A DNA stretch of 64,000 nucleotides from Candidatus Yanofskybacteria bacterium (GTDB lineage Bacteria; Patescibacteriota; Minisyncoccia; 2-02-FULL-40-12; GWA2-44-9), in NCBI GenBank assembly GCA_003514055.1, contig DOSG01000008.1, positions 45,895-109,894 on the forward strand. Reading direction: 5' to 3'. Of the stretch, positions 28,957-38,667 are shown piece after piece. A program made the position numbers and the translations under genes. Within the stretch, counting starts at the first letter, position 1; the number at the start of each line of letters is the position of its first letter. The notes below the pieces were generated by a model. That model was not told where the DNA came from. It saw nothing but the letters and a program-made list of their open reading frames with translations, and did no database searches.

Positions 28957-31900
28957 TTATTCCATCATTTTACGTAGCGCACAATATTCGCAGTCTTTTT
29001 CTTTGCATCCCTTATCCCAAAAATCCAGATTCATTATTTCTTGAGATGTTTTAATGACTAATTCTTTAAGTTCTACGACCTCATCGGACGTGACATAGAA
29101 ACTTTCTTTCTTATATCTCCCCTTCTCGTCCGGCTCTATGAAATCAATGTCACCCGATATCATTTTAAATTTCTTGCCTTCAGCATAATTATTCAATAAC
29201 AAATTGTAGAATACCAGCTGTCTTTTTATATCACCATTAGATGTTTGAGTAGTACCCTCAATTTCGCCACGAGTTTTCTGCCTACCAGTTTTATAATCAA
29301 CCACGTTCACCTCTCCCGAGTCATTCAGTATCTCAATTTTATCTATCTTACCAGTAATCCTAACGTCCGCGGCAACGACTATCCCTGGTATGTTGAATTC
29401 ATTCAAAAGATTAGCCCTCCAGTGACCAACGTAATTATCGTAATAACCAGAAAGCGATTTCTCTCCTTTCTGAAGCACTTCTTCAAAATCACTCTCCTTA
29501 AGGGGTTCTCTCTGTAAATATGTGACAAACTTACTCAATAGCATCTCTTTATTAGCTTCGCCTTCCTTGATTTTATCGAAGAAATCTTTGAGCGCACCGT
29601 GAATAGCTGTGCCATACATTTGATGCTTATCTTTGGCTTTTGGTATGCGTAACAGATTAGTATAGAAATACTGCCACGGACATCTTAGATAGTTGTTTAA
29701 GCCCGTAACTGATAACCCATTCTTAGTGAATAAGTCTTTTATGAATTCTTTGTCTTTTATACTTGTTCCAGATTTCACTTTTGGCGTAAACATAATTGTT
29801 CTGTCTCTTTCAAATCCATCTTCATACTCATCGGCAACGACGGTTTCTATGAGATCGGATTTAATCTCCTGGATAAATTGAGATGGTATCTGCTGCTTAC
29901 CGGAAAGTGCTTCCTGGGCATATGTAATTGTCACCAATTTCTTAGCTCGAGTTATGGCCACATAAAATAATCTCCTCTCGTCATCATTTCCATCATCATC
30001 TGCAAGATCCTTATCCTTACAAAGGGCGCCCCTGAGGGGCGCCCTTTGTAACCCAAGAGAATAGACCGAGGCAGGCAAAGACAACAGGTTAGTTCGCCTC
30101 TTATTACCCCAGTGGCCGTCAAAAGCATTCACTATATATACATATTCGAACTCCTGTCCTTTCGATCTGTGGGCGGTCATGAGTCTTATATTCTTTGTGC
30201 CCGATTGGCCTAAACTCTTTTTAATAAGTAGATTATGTATCTGAAGGGTGTCTATATATTTTATAAAATCGCGTAGATCGTAATCTTTGTGTTTCTCCAA
30301 CAATGACTTGATCTCGTTGAATAATCCATCCAATTTTTGCATCTTCTCAGCTACGTCCTTTTCTTTCATTATGTGAGCTAGAAAGCCAGACTCGTTTATC
30401 ATCAACTCGAAGAATTCCGATAAGCCCTGGTTTTTCTGAATCGTAGCCCACCCCGCTACTTTTTTATAGAAATCATGAATTTTATCGGCTGATTCGAGAT
30501 CAATACGCTCAAGATTCTTCTTATGTTTTACAATATCGTGTACGGGAATCTTTTCTTTGTTTGAATAGTTTATGATTTTGTATACGTCCAGCGGATCAAT
30601 ACCTAGAAAATCAATATGCATAGATTCGAGTATCCTAGCCTGAGATCCGAAATTATCCACCAGGCGCATTATCAGCATAAGCTTCTTAATATCGGGATCA
30701 GACAAAATATCCTGATCAGATTCTATAGCAAAAGGCACGTCAACTCTTTCAAGCATATCCGCAAAAGTAAAAACATCTTTATTGTCACGATACAGGATGG
30801 CAATCTCGGACGGCACAACGCCCTTAGAAATTAAATTCTTTATGCTTTTAGCCACGAAATACGCCTCAACTTTTGGCTTTGAAAAGGATAAAAGCCTTAT
30901 CTTTTCCTCTTCGTATCTCATATTAGCTTGTAGTTGCTTATCTCCGGCCAAGATACTATGGGCCGAATCTAGAATATTTTGAGTTGAGCGATAATTATCT
31001 TCCAAGACAATTAGTCTTGCCTTAGGATACAAATTCTTGAAATATAGAAAATTCTCTATAGATGCACCCTGGAATCTGAATATGGCCTGTTTCTCGTCGC
31101 CAACCACGAATATGTTTGGATTAGGATGGAAATTACAGAGTAGCTCCAGAACCTTATTCTGGGCATTATTTGTATCCTGGTGTTCGTCTACTAGCATGTA
31201 CTGGTGTTGCTCCTGCAATATCAATAAAAGATTCTGATTCTGACTGAGTTCTCGCAGAACCTCCATAATCATATCGCTATAGTCATACATCTTATTCTCA
31301 GCCAACTGCTTCTGATAAAATCCGTAGACCACGGCCAACTCCTTATTTTTTCGAATCTGCTTTTCAATTTTCTGATATTCACCCTTCATCTTACCCTTGT
31401 GTGCACCTTTCTCATGATAAAGATCGTCAATCGATGTAAAGTCTTTCTCCTCTTTCTCTACTAGCAGCTTAAATCCTTCCGGGCTAAGACCTTCGCGCTT
31501 AAGATCGTTTAAAGATTTCAAAATTTCTCGCGTGTAATAAAGCGGATCACCGAATGGCTTGAGATCCTTAAGAGGTAGGCCATCGATGGCTTTTTCGATG
31601 ATATTTATCTGATCAACTTCAGTAATATTCTGCGACCCAATGATTGCCGGAAATTCTTCGGGGTAATTTTTAATCACGTCATTGCAAAAACCATGAAAAG
31701 TACTTATCACCACCGAATATCCTGGAGTGCCAATAATCTCGACTAATCGTCTGCGCATTGAAGATACGCCAGATTCTGTGAATGTAAGCGCTAAAATATT
31801 TTCCGGTTCAGTATCGGTCTTCTTTAGTATATTAGCGATGCGCAAAGTCAAAATCTGGGTCTTGCCAGTTCCGGGTCCAGCCACCACCATCACAGGCCCA

Positions 31901-31968
31901 TCAACCGCATCCACGGCCTCCTTCTGAGCCTTATTGAGTTTTTTATATAGCTCCTCGAACTTCGCCAT
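28957..31968 (-). CDS. UvrD/REP-family ATP-dependent helicase fused to a C-terminal PD-(D/E)XK nuclease (AddA/AdnB-like)
   Basis: AGPGTGKT, VDEHQDTN, VGDEKQAIFRFQGA, NYRS, TAHRSKGQEF, ERRLFYVAITRA; GKIDKIE..VVDYKTG; Fe-S-type Cys. Confidence 0.93.
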   Translation of the reverse strand: MAKFEELYKKLNKAQKEAVDAVDGPVMVVAGPGTGKTQILTLRIANILKKTDTEPENILALTFTESGVSSMRRRLVEIIGTPGYSVVISTFHGFCNDVIKNYPEEFPAIIGSQNITEVDQINIIEKAIDGLPLKDLKPFGDPLYYTREILKSLNDLKREGLSPEGFKLLVEKEEKDFTSIDDLYHEKGAHKGKMKGEYQKIEKQIRKNKELAVVYGFYQKQLAENKMYDYSDMIMEVLRELSQNQNLLLILQEQHQYMLVDEHQDTNNAQNKVLELLCNFHPNPNIFVVGDEKQAIFRFQGASIENFLYFKNLYPKARLIVLEDNYRSTQNILDSAHSILAGDKQLQANMRYEEEKIRLLSFSKPKVEAYFVAKSIKNLISKGVVPSEIAILYRDNKDVFTFADMLERVDVPFAIESDQDILSDPDIKKLMLIMRLVDNFGSQARILESMHIDFLGIDPLDVYKIINYSNKEKIPVHDIVKHKKNLERIDLESADKIHDFYKKVAGWATIQKNQGLSEFFELMINESGFLAHIMKEKDVAEKMQKLDGLFNEIKSLLEKHKDYDLRDFIKYIDTLQIHNLLIKKSLGQSGTKNIRLMTAHRSKGQEFEYVYIVNAFDGHWGNKRRTNLLSLPASVYSLGLQRAPLRGALCKDKDLADDDGNDDERRLFYVAITRAKKLVTITYAQEALSGKQQIPSQFIQEIKSDLIETVVADEYEDGFERDRTIMFTPKVKSGTSIKDKEFIKDLFTKNGLSVTGLNNYLRCPWQYFYTNLLRIPKAKDKHQMYGTAIHGALKDFFDKIKEGEANKEMLLSKFVTYLQREPLKESDFEEVLQKGEKSLSGYYDNYVGHWRANLLNEFNIPGIVVAADVRITGKIDKIEILNDSGEVNVVDYKTGRQKTRGEIEGTTQTSNGDIKRQLVFYNLLLNNYAEGKKFKMISGDIDFIEPDEKGRYKKESFYVTSDEVVELKELVIKTSQEIMNLDFWDKGCKEKDCEYCALRKMME
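30017..30051. repeat. ACAAAGGGCGCC-family palindrome, in-frame inside the helicase gene
   Basis: TTACAAAGGGCGCCCC-TGA-GGGGCGCCCTTTGTAA, perfect 16-bp stem; encodes LQRAPLRGALCK. Confidence 0.9.
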
Positions 31969-32016
31969 GATTAGATTATACATTTTTTAAACAGATCCCC
32001 GTTATATATGGACTTG

Positions 32017-33000
32017 CTATTCGGTCATATTAATAGACGTATCCACTCCGAATTGTTTAAAACTACCTTCCCCAAATGTTCTTTCAATTATTCTTGCTAT
32101 TCTCAATAATCGGCCCGTCATTACAGCTTCTGCAAATAATTTAAACACATCTTCCTCTGAAGAGAATTCATCTGAATTTTTTACATAAATTTCTCTAACC
32201 AGACTACCTAGTTCTTTTCTCTCCTCGCTGTAGGCGTAGCCTTCTCTTAGCTTGATAGATGGGCCATCTTTTGTTTTGAAATCTCTGACCACGGCCAAGT
32301 CGTCTGCCGCAATCTCACGATTCCCATCTTCTGCAGATTTTTTGGCAATTTCTGATCTTTTTAATTCCCTTTCTTCGTATTCTTTTTTAGTAAGAGCCAG
32401 TCTACCGAAGTATCTTTTATCAAATCTTTTCATCAATTCCTCCGTTATCGCTTCGTTTAAATTATGAAAAAATATTTTATTCTTTTTCTCAGAAAAAATT
32501 TCGAAACCAATTCTTCTAGGCCCGAGAATTACCAATTCTCCTCCGTCGTCTTCGTCTTTCTCGAAGCGAAATTTTTTCCCTCTGCTTGCATTCTGGATAG
32601 ATTGGAAGGAATTAAAATGTAATAGCTCATGCACCACGCGTATCGCGGCTTTGAGATCGCTGTAACTTGAATCTACGAAGATAAAAATGGCCTGAGACTC
32701 AGGGCTGTAGAGTCCATTAAATTCTTGGGTCTTGTCGCTGGCACTTTTAGGAAGATTGTGCCTATCAATCACATGGATATTCTTGGCAGGCACATCGATA
32801 GGCTCTCCTCCATATTCGGAGACAAATTCTCTTAGAAAAGAATTAATCTGTCCCAGAGCTTCGATCCATTCGGGACTTTTAGCTACTTCATAAGACTTAG
32901 TTACGTTGCTATTTAATATATCACCGTACAAGTCCTGAAAAACTTCAGCGTCAGTCCTTAGTACTTTAGATATCCCGGATTTTCTTTCAAATTTATTCAT
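32017..33000 (-). CDS. hypothetical zincin-like metalloprotease
   Basis: VVHELLH plus downstream LNEAITE. Confidence 0.6.
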   Translation of the reverse strand: MNKFERKSGISKVLRTDAEVFQDLYGDILNSNVTKSYEVAKSPEWIEALGQINSFLREFVSEYGGEPIDVPAKNIHVIDRHNLPKSASDKTQEFNGLYSPESQAIFIFVDSSYSDLKAAIRVVHELLHFNSFQSIQNASRGKKFRFEKDEDDGGELVILGPRRIGFEIFSEKKNKIFFHNLNEAITEELMKRFDKRYFGRLALTKKEYEERELKRSEIAKKSAEDGNREIAADDLAVVRDFKTKDGPSIKLREGYAYSEERKELGSLVREIYVKNSDEFSSEEDVFKLFAEAVMTGRLLRIARIIERTFGEGSFKQFGVDTSINMTE

Positions 33001-33094
33001 GTCTCTAGCTTAGAATAATTGAAATTTATGAACAAGGGCACTTAGAAGTAAAAACCTGCTTAAAAAATAGTGTCTGGAAATGACGACCTATAAA

Positions 33095-33123
33095 AATCAA
33101 AAGCCGCCTGCAAGGCGGCTAGG
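33095..33123 (-). terminator. terminator, copy 1 of a 29-bp direct repeat
   Basis: AATCAAAAGCCGCCTGCAAGGCGGCTAGG, identical to 33808-33836. Confidence 0.85.
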
Positions 33124-33753
33124 CTAGCCTTTACGCCACTCCCAACACAAGAATCGGCTTTTACGCATGCCAACTGGATAGGGATAATATGAGAACTCCA
33201 CGATCAGTGGTCTAATCCAGTGGAATCTCGTCAATTCGAAAGCGCGGTTTCTCAAAATCTCAGGCACCCATTCTGGCCACGGCTGCTGCAACCTTCTTTG
33301 GGCCGTCTTGAGAGTATCGATATCTCCATGCTCTATGTCTCTACCATAGCCAGATCCAGTCAAATATTCTAACTGCATCTCCACATGCTGGAATGCCTGA
33401 GAGATCCTTATCGTCCCCTGATAAATATTATCGGCTCGCGGCAACGTTTCATTGAATAAAGAAAAATAATTAGGGTTAGTTTCTTTAACGAAGCCGACTA
33501 TCGCATCCCAATCTTTCTGCTCTGGCTTAAATGGTCCGCGACCCTTATCATCTGCTCTAAATGTTCGACAGGAGATTAATCCACCACGCTCATCGAAAAA
33601 CTTTCTCAATTGATCGAAATCAATCCCTCCTGGAGGAAAAGCGATGTAATTCGGGATATTCTGACCAAACTCAAAAAGCTGCCACATACGATGATGCTTG
33701 AGAGGATATTCCAATTCTTGTCCAACCGAGACAATGTTAGATAGAGCCGCCAT
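33124..33753 (-). CDS. hypothetical protein (orphan cassette gene)
   Basis: 209-aa ORF; leader GCTCATTGAA AGGA. Confidence 0.75.
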   Translation of the reverse strand: MAALSNIVSVGQELEYPLKHHRMWQLFEFGQNIPNYIAFPPGGIDFDQLRKFFDERGGLISCRTFRADDKGRGPFKPEQKDWDAIVGFVKETNPNYFSLFNETLPRADNIYQGTIRISQAFQHVEMQLEYLTGSGYGRDIEHGDIDTLKTAQRRLQQPWPEWVPEILRNRAFELTRFHWIRPLIVEFSYYPYPVGMRKSRFLCWEWRKG

Positions 33754-33807
33754 AAGTCATCCTTTCAATGAGCACGAAGATAAATTATCACTATAAACAT
33801 TAAAGTC

Positions 33808-33836
33808 AATCAAAAGCCGCCTGCAAGGCGGCTAGG
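33808..33836 (-). terminator. terminator, copy 2 of a 29-bp direct repeat
   Basis: Identical to 33095-33123; its U-tract runs into the next TTGACT -35 box. Confidence 0.85.
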
Positions 33837-33847
33837 AATGCGAAGTT

Positions 33848-34129
33848 CTAAAAAATATCTTCGCTCGGGGTATTGTTTGAAGCTCTGCCCTTCACGCTGA
33901 CAGTAGTATTCTCCGGATGAGCACATAAAGCATGGAGATCAATAGCTAAGATGTCAAAATAATTTTCACAGGTAGGACATTGAGCACAGCGACAATTAGG
34001 ACATTCGCCGGCCTTGTTGCCTTTCCAGCCAGGTTGATGGCAGAGACAACGACAAGGACTAGCATATTGATTAACGACACCCAGCATACTATTGCCACCA
34101 AGAAGATCTTCAATAATGTCGTGGGCCAT
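33848..34129 (-). CDS. small Cys-rich (zinc-finger-like) hypothetical protein
   Basis: CRCLCH, CPNCRCAQCPTC, HALCAH; AGGGA SD. Confidence 0.6.
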   Translation of the reverse strand: MAHDIIEDLLGGNSMLGVVNQYASPCRCLCHQPGWKGNKAGECPNCRCAQCPTCENYFDILAIDLHALCAHPENTTVSVKGRASNNTPSEDIF

Positions 34130-34208
34130 ATTGATTTCCCTTTTCAAAATACTAGTTCTATTCCAACATATTTCCATAGTTTAGTAAATAGTGTATACTG
34201 TTTCTACT

Positions 34209-35180
34209 ATGTTAGTCGATGAACTAAAAATACGCGTTAGAGCCGGAAATGGCGGTCATGGCACCGTCGCTTTTAGCAAAATAAAAATGGCCCTTGGGCC
34301 AACCGGAGGTCGTGGCGGCAAAGGTGGCAGTGTTTGGCTAGAAGGAATTGCCGATATCGGTGGCCTAACTAAACTTAAGTTTGCCAAGACTTTTGAAGCC
34401 ATTGATGGCAAGAATGGTGGCCACCATCTAAACGATGGCCCCGACGGAGCAGACATAACCATTAAGGTTCCGGTTGGTACAGTAGCTAAGAATCTAACGA
34501 CCAAGAGAGAGATTGAAGTCACTAAAATCGGCGAAAGAGTTTTAATCGCGCAAGGTGGCCGTGGCGGTAGAGGTAATTTCCATTTTAGATCTTCGACCAA
34601 TACTAGCCCACAGCAATCTCAGCCCGGAACAAAAGGTGAGAAATATAATTTTAGACTAGAATTAAAACTTATTGCCGATGTCGGCCTAGTTGGCATGCCC
34701 AATGTTGGTAAATCATCTCTGATTAATGAACTCACAAAAGCCAAGAGTAAGGTCGCTAATTATCCATTCACAACTCTCGAAGCGCATCTTGGTTCTTATT
34801 ACGGATTGATCTTAGCTGACATTCCTGGAATTATTGAAGGTGCCCATGAAGGCAAGGGTCTTGGCATAAGATTTTTAAAACACGTAGAGAGAACTAAGGT
34901 TCTATTCCACCTCGTCTCAGCCGAGTCAGAGACCCCAGTTACCGATTATGAGGTAATGCGCGCAGAACTTGGAGCCTACAAAGAGGAACTACTAAACAAG
35001 AAGGAATACGTCTTCATCTCAAAATCAGACCTAATCAAACCAATTGAATTAAAAAAGATAATCACAAAGCTCAAAAAATTAAATAAAAATATACTTCCCC
35101 TCTCAATTCACGATTGGGACAGTCTAGAGGCAGTTCGCAAGATCCTCAACGAAATCCAAGCAGAAAAAACAGCCACCTAG
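34209..35180 (+). CDS. obgE: GTPase ObgE/CgtA (no C-terminal domain)
   Basis: Gly-rich Obg domain, GMPNVGKS, YPFTTL, DIPG. Confidence 0.96.
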   Translation: MLVDELKIRVRAGNGGHGTVAFSKIKMALGPTGGRGGKGGSVWLEGIADIGGLTKLKFAKTFEAIDGKNGGHHLNDGPDGADITIKVPVGTVAKNLTTKREIEVTKIGERVLIAQGGRGGRGNFHFRSSTNTSPQQSQPGTKGEKYNFRLELKLIADVGLVGMPNVGKSSLINELTKAKSKVANYPFTTLEAHLGSYYGLILADIPGIIEGAHEGKGLGIRFLKHVERTKVLFHLVSAESETPVTDYEVMRAELGAYKEELLNKKEYVFISKSDLIKPIELKKIITKLKKLNKNILPLSIHDWDSLEAVRKILNEIQAEKTAT

Positions 35181-35191
35181 TGGCTGTTTTT

Positions 35192-36115
35192 TTATTTAAT
35201 ATAGAAAGTATAAGTTTTATAGGTTTCGAATTTATTGAAAAATTGAGTCTTAAATCTTAGCGCTTGAGAATCGCTACCCTCAAGATCACAACTCTTGTAT
35301 CCGGCATTTTTTATCCAAACTAAATCTTCATATAAAAGAGCCACTCCCAAATCTTTAATTGAGTAATCGTGAATACCGATACTCGCTGACCATTCGCTCG
35401 GGTTATTCGACGTCTCCCAACCAGCATTAAATCCTACCGGCTTGTTATCGACGATCATAACTCTCGAACTTTTCGTACCGCCAAAATTATTATCTATCAT
35501 GTCATGATAACGCTCAGGGAGAACCGCTATGCCTACTCTGGCACGGCTAGCGAACCATCGATCGACTATGTCGTGCAAATCTTTTTTGGATAACTCGCTC
35601 GTTTCCGAGATTTTGACCGCATGCTCACGATTAAATTTGCTAAGAGCATTTCGTAGTTCTTTAAAATGACTCCCCGGTAATTCTGGATTCCAAGTGGCCA
35701 TATCTACTACCGGCCAAACAATTTCATAGTCTGGTTTAAACTTATCTCTGTAATTTTTGATCGCGAAATCTTGCACGGACTCACGAACATCAAGAAAATA
35801 TATCGTCATACTCTGACCTAAAACATAATCGCACAATTCTTTCAAAATTTTGTCCTGGACATTCGTTGGAGCGATGGGATCGGCTACTATCACGTGCTGA
35901 TTAGTCTTTTTGTTTACATAAAACCAAACGCCTTCGCCGTCTTTCCAGACGACGAAGGCGGGGCTACCATCGTTCGAACAGCTCTTTAACCAATCAAAAT
36001 TGTGATCAGGCGAATATCCAAATTTACTTATCGAAGATTCGATAAGTTCTCTTTCTTCTTCTACGTTATCTATTATCCTCACGTCCCAAGAGTAACAAAA
36101 TATTTTTTTAACCAC
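35192..36115 (-). CDS. stand-alone DUF2156 / aminoacyl-phosphatidylglycerol synthase C-terminal-like GNAT protein
   Basis: DPIAP, LPGSHFKELRNALSKF, LRFKTQF pattern; no TM domain; start uncertain. Confidence 0.6.
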   Translation of the reverse strand: MVKKIFCYSWDVRIIDNVEEERELIESSISKFGYSPDHNFDWLKSCSNDGSPAFVVWKDGEGVWFYVNKKTNQHVIVADPIAPTNVQDKILKELCDYVLGQSMTIYFLDVRESVQDFAIKNYRDKFKPDYEIVWPVVDMATWNPELPGSHFKELRNALSKFNREHAVKISETSELSKKDLHDIVDRWFASRARVGIAVLPERYHDMIDNNFGGTKSSRVMIVDNKPVGFNAGWETSNNPSEWSASIGIHDYSIKDLGVALLYEDLVWIKNAGYKSCDLEGSDSQALRFKTQFFNKFETYKTYTFYIK

Positions 36116-36224
36116 AATTTTTCTTGTAATATTTTTTCAAAGGAATAATATTTAATTGTTCAATAATAATTTTCGAAATTAAAAATTTTATTTCAAAAAT
36201 TTTTCTAAATTAGAAACTAAGAAC

Positions 36225-37601
36225 ATGTCCAACGGAGAGGTAAAACAAAATGGATCGAACGGAAATGGAAATGGCAACGGCTCGCCTCGCGGCGAAACAG
36301 TAAACGGGCATCCTGAAAAACCCAAATATAAATTTCTTTTTATAAGCTGGGAAAGCTTGAGTGGAGATTTGGCCTGGCAAATAAAGAAAGAAGGCCATGA
36401 AGTCAAATGCTACATAAAAGATCTCGGCGGAACTAATGTCTACGATGGTATCTTAGAAAAAGTAGACGACTGGAAATCTTTCGTAGATTGGGCTGACGTT
36501 ATTGTCTTTGATGACATCTGGTTTGGCGATCAAGCTGACAAGTTAAGAAAGGCAGGAAAAGCTGTAATCGGTGGCAGCTCCTATACCGATAGATTAGAAG
36601 ACGATCGAGAGTTCGGACAATCAGAGATGAAAAGAATGGGCATGAATATTCTTCCGCATTGGGATTTTAGTGACTACGACGAGGCCCTGAAATTTATTTC
36701 CGAGAACCCAGGCCGCTATGTTTACAAGCCTTCTCTTGACGTCTCTTCCGATTGGAAAGGCCTTCTATTTATAGGCAAAGAAGAAGATGGCAAGGATTTA
36801 CATCAAATTCTATCCAGCAATAAAACCGTACTAGGTAAAAAAATAAAATCTTTTCAGCTACAGAAATATGCTTCTGGAGTCGAGGTCGGTTGTGCTGCGT
36901 TTTTTAATGGTCAAGATTTTATAATGCCCCTAAACATCGCCTTTGAGCACAAAAGACTTTTCCCCGGAGAGATTGGCCCCATGACTGGCGAAATGGGTAC
37001 TTCGATGTTCTGGTGCGGTCCAAATAATTTTTTCCGATCAACTCTTGAAAAAATGCTCGAACCTCTGCGCGCCTCTGGATATGTCGGATACATTGATATT
37101 AATTGCATAGTAAACGCTCGTGGCATTTATCCGCTAGAGTTCACCTGCCGTTTCGGTTACCCTACGATCTCCATTCAGCAAGAAGGGATACTGAACGATT
37201 GGGGAGAATTTTTTCATGCCATTGCCAACCATAAATCCTATGAATTGCGCACAAGAAAAGGATTCCAAGTCGGCGTCGTGGTTGCCACTCCACCATTTCC
37301 GTATGACGATAAGTCCGAGTTGGCGATTTACAACGACACATCTATTCTATTTAAAAAGCCCAATTATGAAGGCGTCCATCTAGGCGATGTAAAAATAGTC
37401 GATGGTGATTGGAAGATAGATGGCACTTGCGGATACGATTTGGTTGTTACGGGATCGGGCACGACGATGGAAGATGCTCGCCGTATGACCTACAACAGGA
37501 TCGACAACATTATGATTCTAAACATGTTCTACCGCACAGACATCGGCGCTACTTGGGCCGAAGATCGAGACAAGATGCACAGCTGGGAATACATTTACTA
37601 A
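36225..37601 (+). CDS. PurD-like (phosphoribosylamine--glycine ligase family) ATP-grasp ligase
   Basis: LEDDREFGQ, FEHKRLFPG..GPMTGEMG, LEFTCRFGYP, YRTDIG. Confidence 0.85.
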   Translation: MSNGEVKQNGSNGNGNGNGSPRGETVNGHPEKPKYKFLFISWESLSGDLAWQIKKEGHEVKCYIKDLGGTNVYDGILEKVDDWKSFVDWADVIVFDDIWFGDQADKLRKAGKAVIGGSSYTDRLEDDREFGQSEMKRMGMNILPHWDFSDYDEALKFISENPGRYVYKPSLDVSSDWKGLLFIGKEEDGKDLHQILSSNKTVLGKKIKSFQLQKYASGVEVGCAAFFNGQDFIMPLNIAFEHKRLFPGEIGPMTGEMGTSMFWCGPNNFFRSTLEKMLEPLRASGYVGYIDINCIVNARGIYPLEFTCRFGYPTISIQQEGILNDWGEFFHAIANHKSYELRTRKGFQVGVVVATPPFPYDDKSELAIYNDTSILFKKPNYEGVHLGDVKIVDGDWKIDGTCGYDLVVTGSGTTMEDARRMTYNRIDNIMILNMFYRTDIGATWAEDRDKMHSWEYIY

Positions 37602-37644
37602 TACAAAGAAAGCCGCCCAGGAAGGGCGGCTTTCTTAAGGCATG

Positions 37645-38199
37645 CTAAAATAAATATGTCTTCAGAAACACAATCATGCCAACAGCGGTCACCACAATCT
37701 CGCACCAAAAAGTTAAAGTAAATTTATCGTAATAACATCTAATAAATCTAAACCAGTAATTAAAAAATCTATCATTGACTAGCCCCAGTTTTAGATCTGT
37801 ATTCTTAATCGAGTAGTGATCTTTTTTAAATGGCCATAGCCACATAACTCCATATTGTAAGGAATCTAGAATGAAGTGGGAGAACACCCCAGCAAGAAGA
37901 ACGATGCCTAAATATCGTATAAATAGATCTTGGCTAATAAATATTACCAGCCCACACAGAACCAACCAAAGAAGCGGCGCGTGAGAGATGAACATTCTAT
38001 GGTCAACTTCCTCTCTCTTGAACGTCATCTCCCTATTCTTGAAAAATACGTAGAAAGCATCCAGGTCTGGGATCATACCAAAAAAAGTTCCCCAAATGAG
38101 CAACCAATTAAGTTGACTAGCATCAAGCTCCGGCTTAAAGAATTTGATTATTCCGACAGTCATCAAATATCCAGCCGCTAAGTGCCCGGGCATTATCAT
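37645..38199 (-). CDS. membrane-bound metal-dependent hydrolase (YdjM-like)
   Basis: GH, PDLD, HRMFISH, SHFILD, WLWPF motifs. Confidence 0.85.
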   Translation of the reverse strand: MIMPGHLAAGYLMTVGIIKFFKPELDASQLNWLLIWGTFFGMIPDLDAFYVFFKNREMTFKREEVDHRMFISHAPLLWLVLCGLVIFISQDLFIRYLGIVLLAGVFSHFILDSLQYGVMWLWPFKKDHYSIKNTDLKLGLVNDRFFNYWFRFIRCYYDKFTLTFWCEIVVTAVGMIVFLKTYLF

Positions 38200-38203
38200 A
38201 AAT

Positions 38204-38530
38204 TTATATGGTTCTTAAAAATATTCCTATTCTAGCTATAACAACAAATCCTACTCCCCAAATAAGTGGGAGCCAGTAAGGCACACCGAAAAGATGCGCC
38301 TTAGGCCAAATCTGCTGATAACCTAATGTGCGCATACCTATCTCGATAACTACTCCCAATATAACTCCCACAAAATACAAATAAAACTCTCCAGAGTTAT
38401 ATTTAAATAACCATATGAGAACAACCGAAAATATGGCGAATACGGTAAACTGGATTTCGCTCAGCTTATTAATAGACTCCGCAACGAAAAACAAAACAAA
38501 TATAGCTAGGGGTATTAATATTTCTAACAT
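38204..38530 (-). CDS. small membrane protein (DUF2878-like)
   Basis: Four TMs; E.G...G...W, GVPYWLPLIWG. Confidence 0.65.
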   Translation of the reverse strand: MLEILIPLAIFVLFFVAESINKLSEIQFTVFAIFSVVLIWLFKYNSGEFYLYFVGVILGVVIEIGMRTLGYQQIWPKAHLFGVPYWLPLIWGVGFVVIARIGIFLRTI

Positions 38531-38652
38531 CTGGGGGGCGCCTGAAGGGAATCGGCTTCGACTCTCGTCGCCTTCCGACGACTCGGTCTAGCCACCACCT
38601 CGTGATCTCGCTCGCCCATTGCTCGCAAGACAACGCTCCGGCGTTCGATTCC
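38531..38652 (-). repeat. structured mini-element ending in a duplicate of the tRNA-His 3' end
   Basis: CGATTCCCTTCAGGCGCCC repeated about 130 nt downstream of the tRNA; starts with GGAATCGAAC, antisense to the T-arm. Confidence 0.75.
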
Positions 38653-38667
38653 AATTTAAATCATTCT

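Noticed and set aside
33095-33836. 29-bp repeats as a CRISPR array
   Set aside because: Only two copies about 700 bp apart enclosing a gene; no cas genes
38531-38652. Second, intron-containing tRNA-His
   Set aside because: No 5' acceptor strand, D-arm or anticodon arm; only 3'-half sequence is present
38469-38654. 61-aa ORF downstream of tRNA-His
   Set aside because: TTG start with no SD, overlaps the next gene and coincides with the structured repeat
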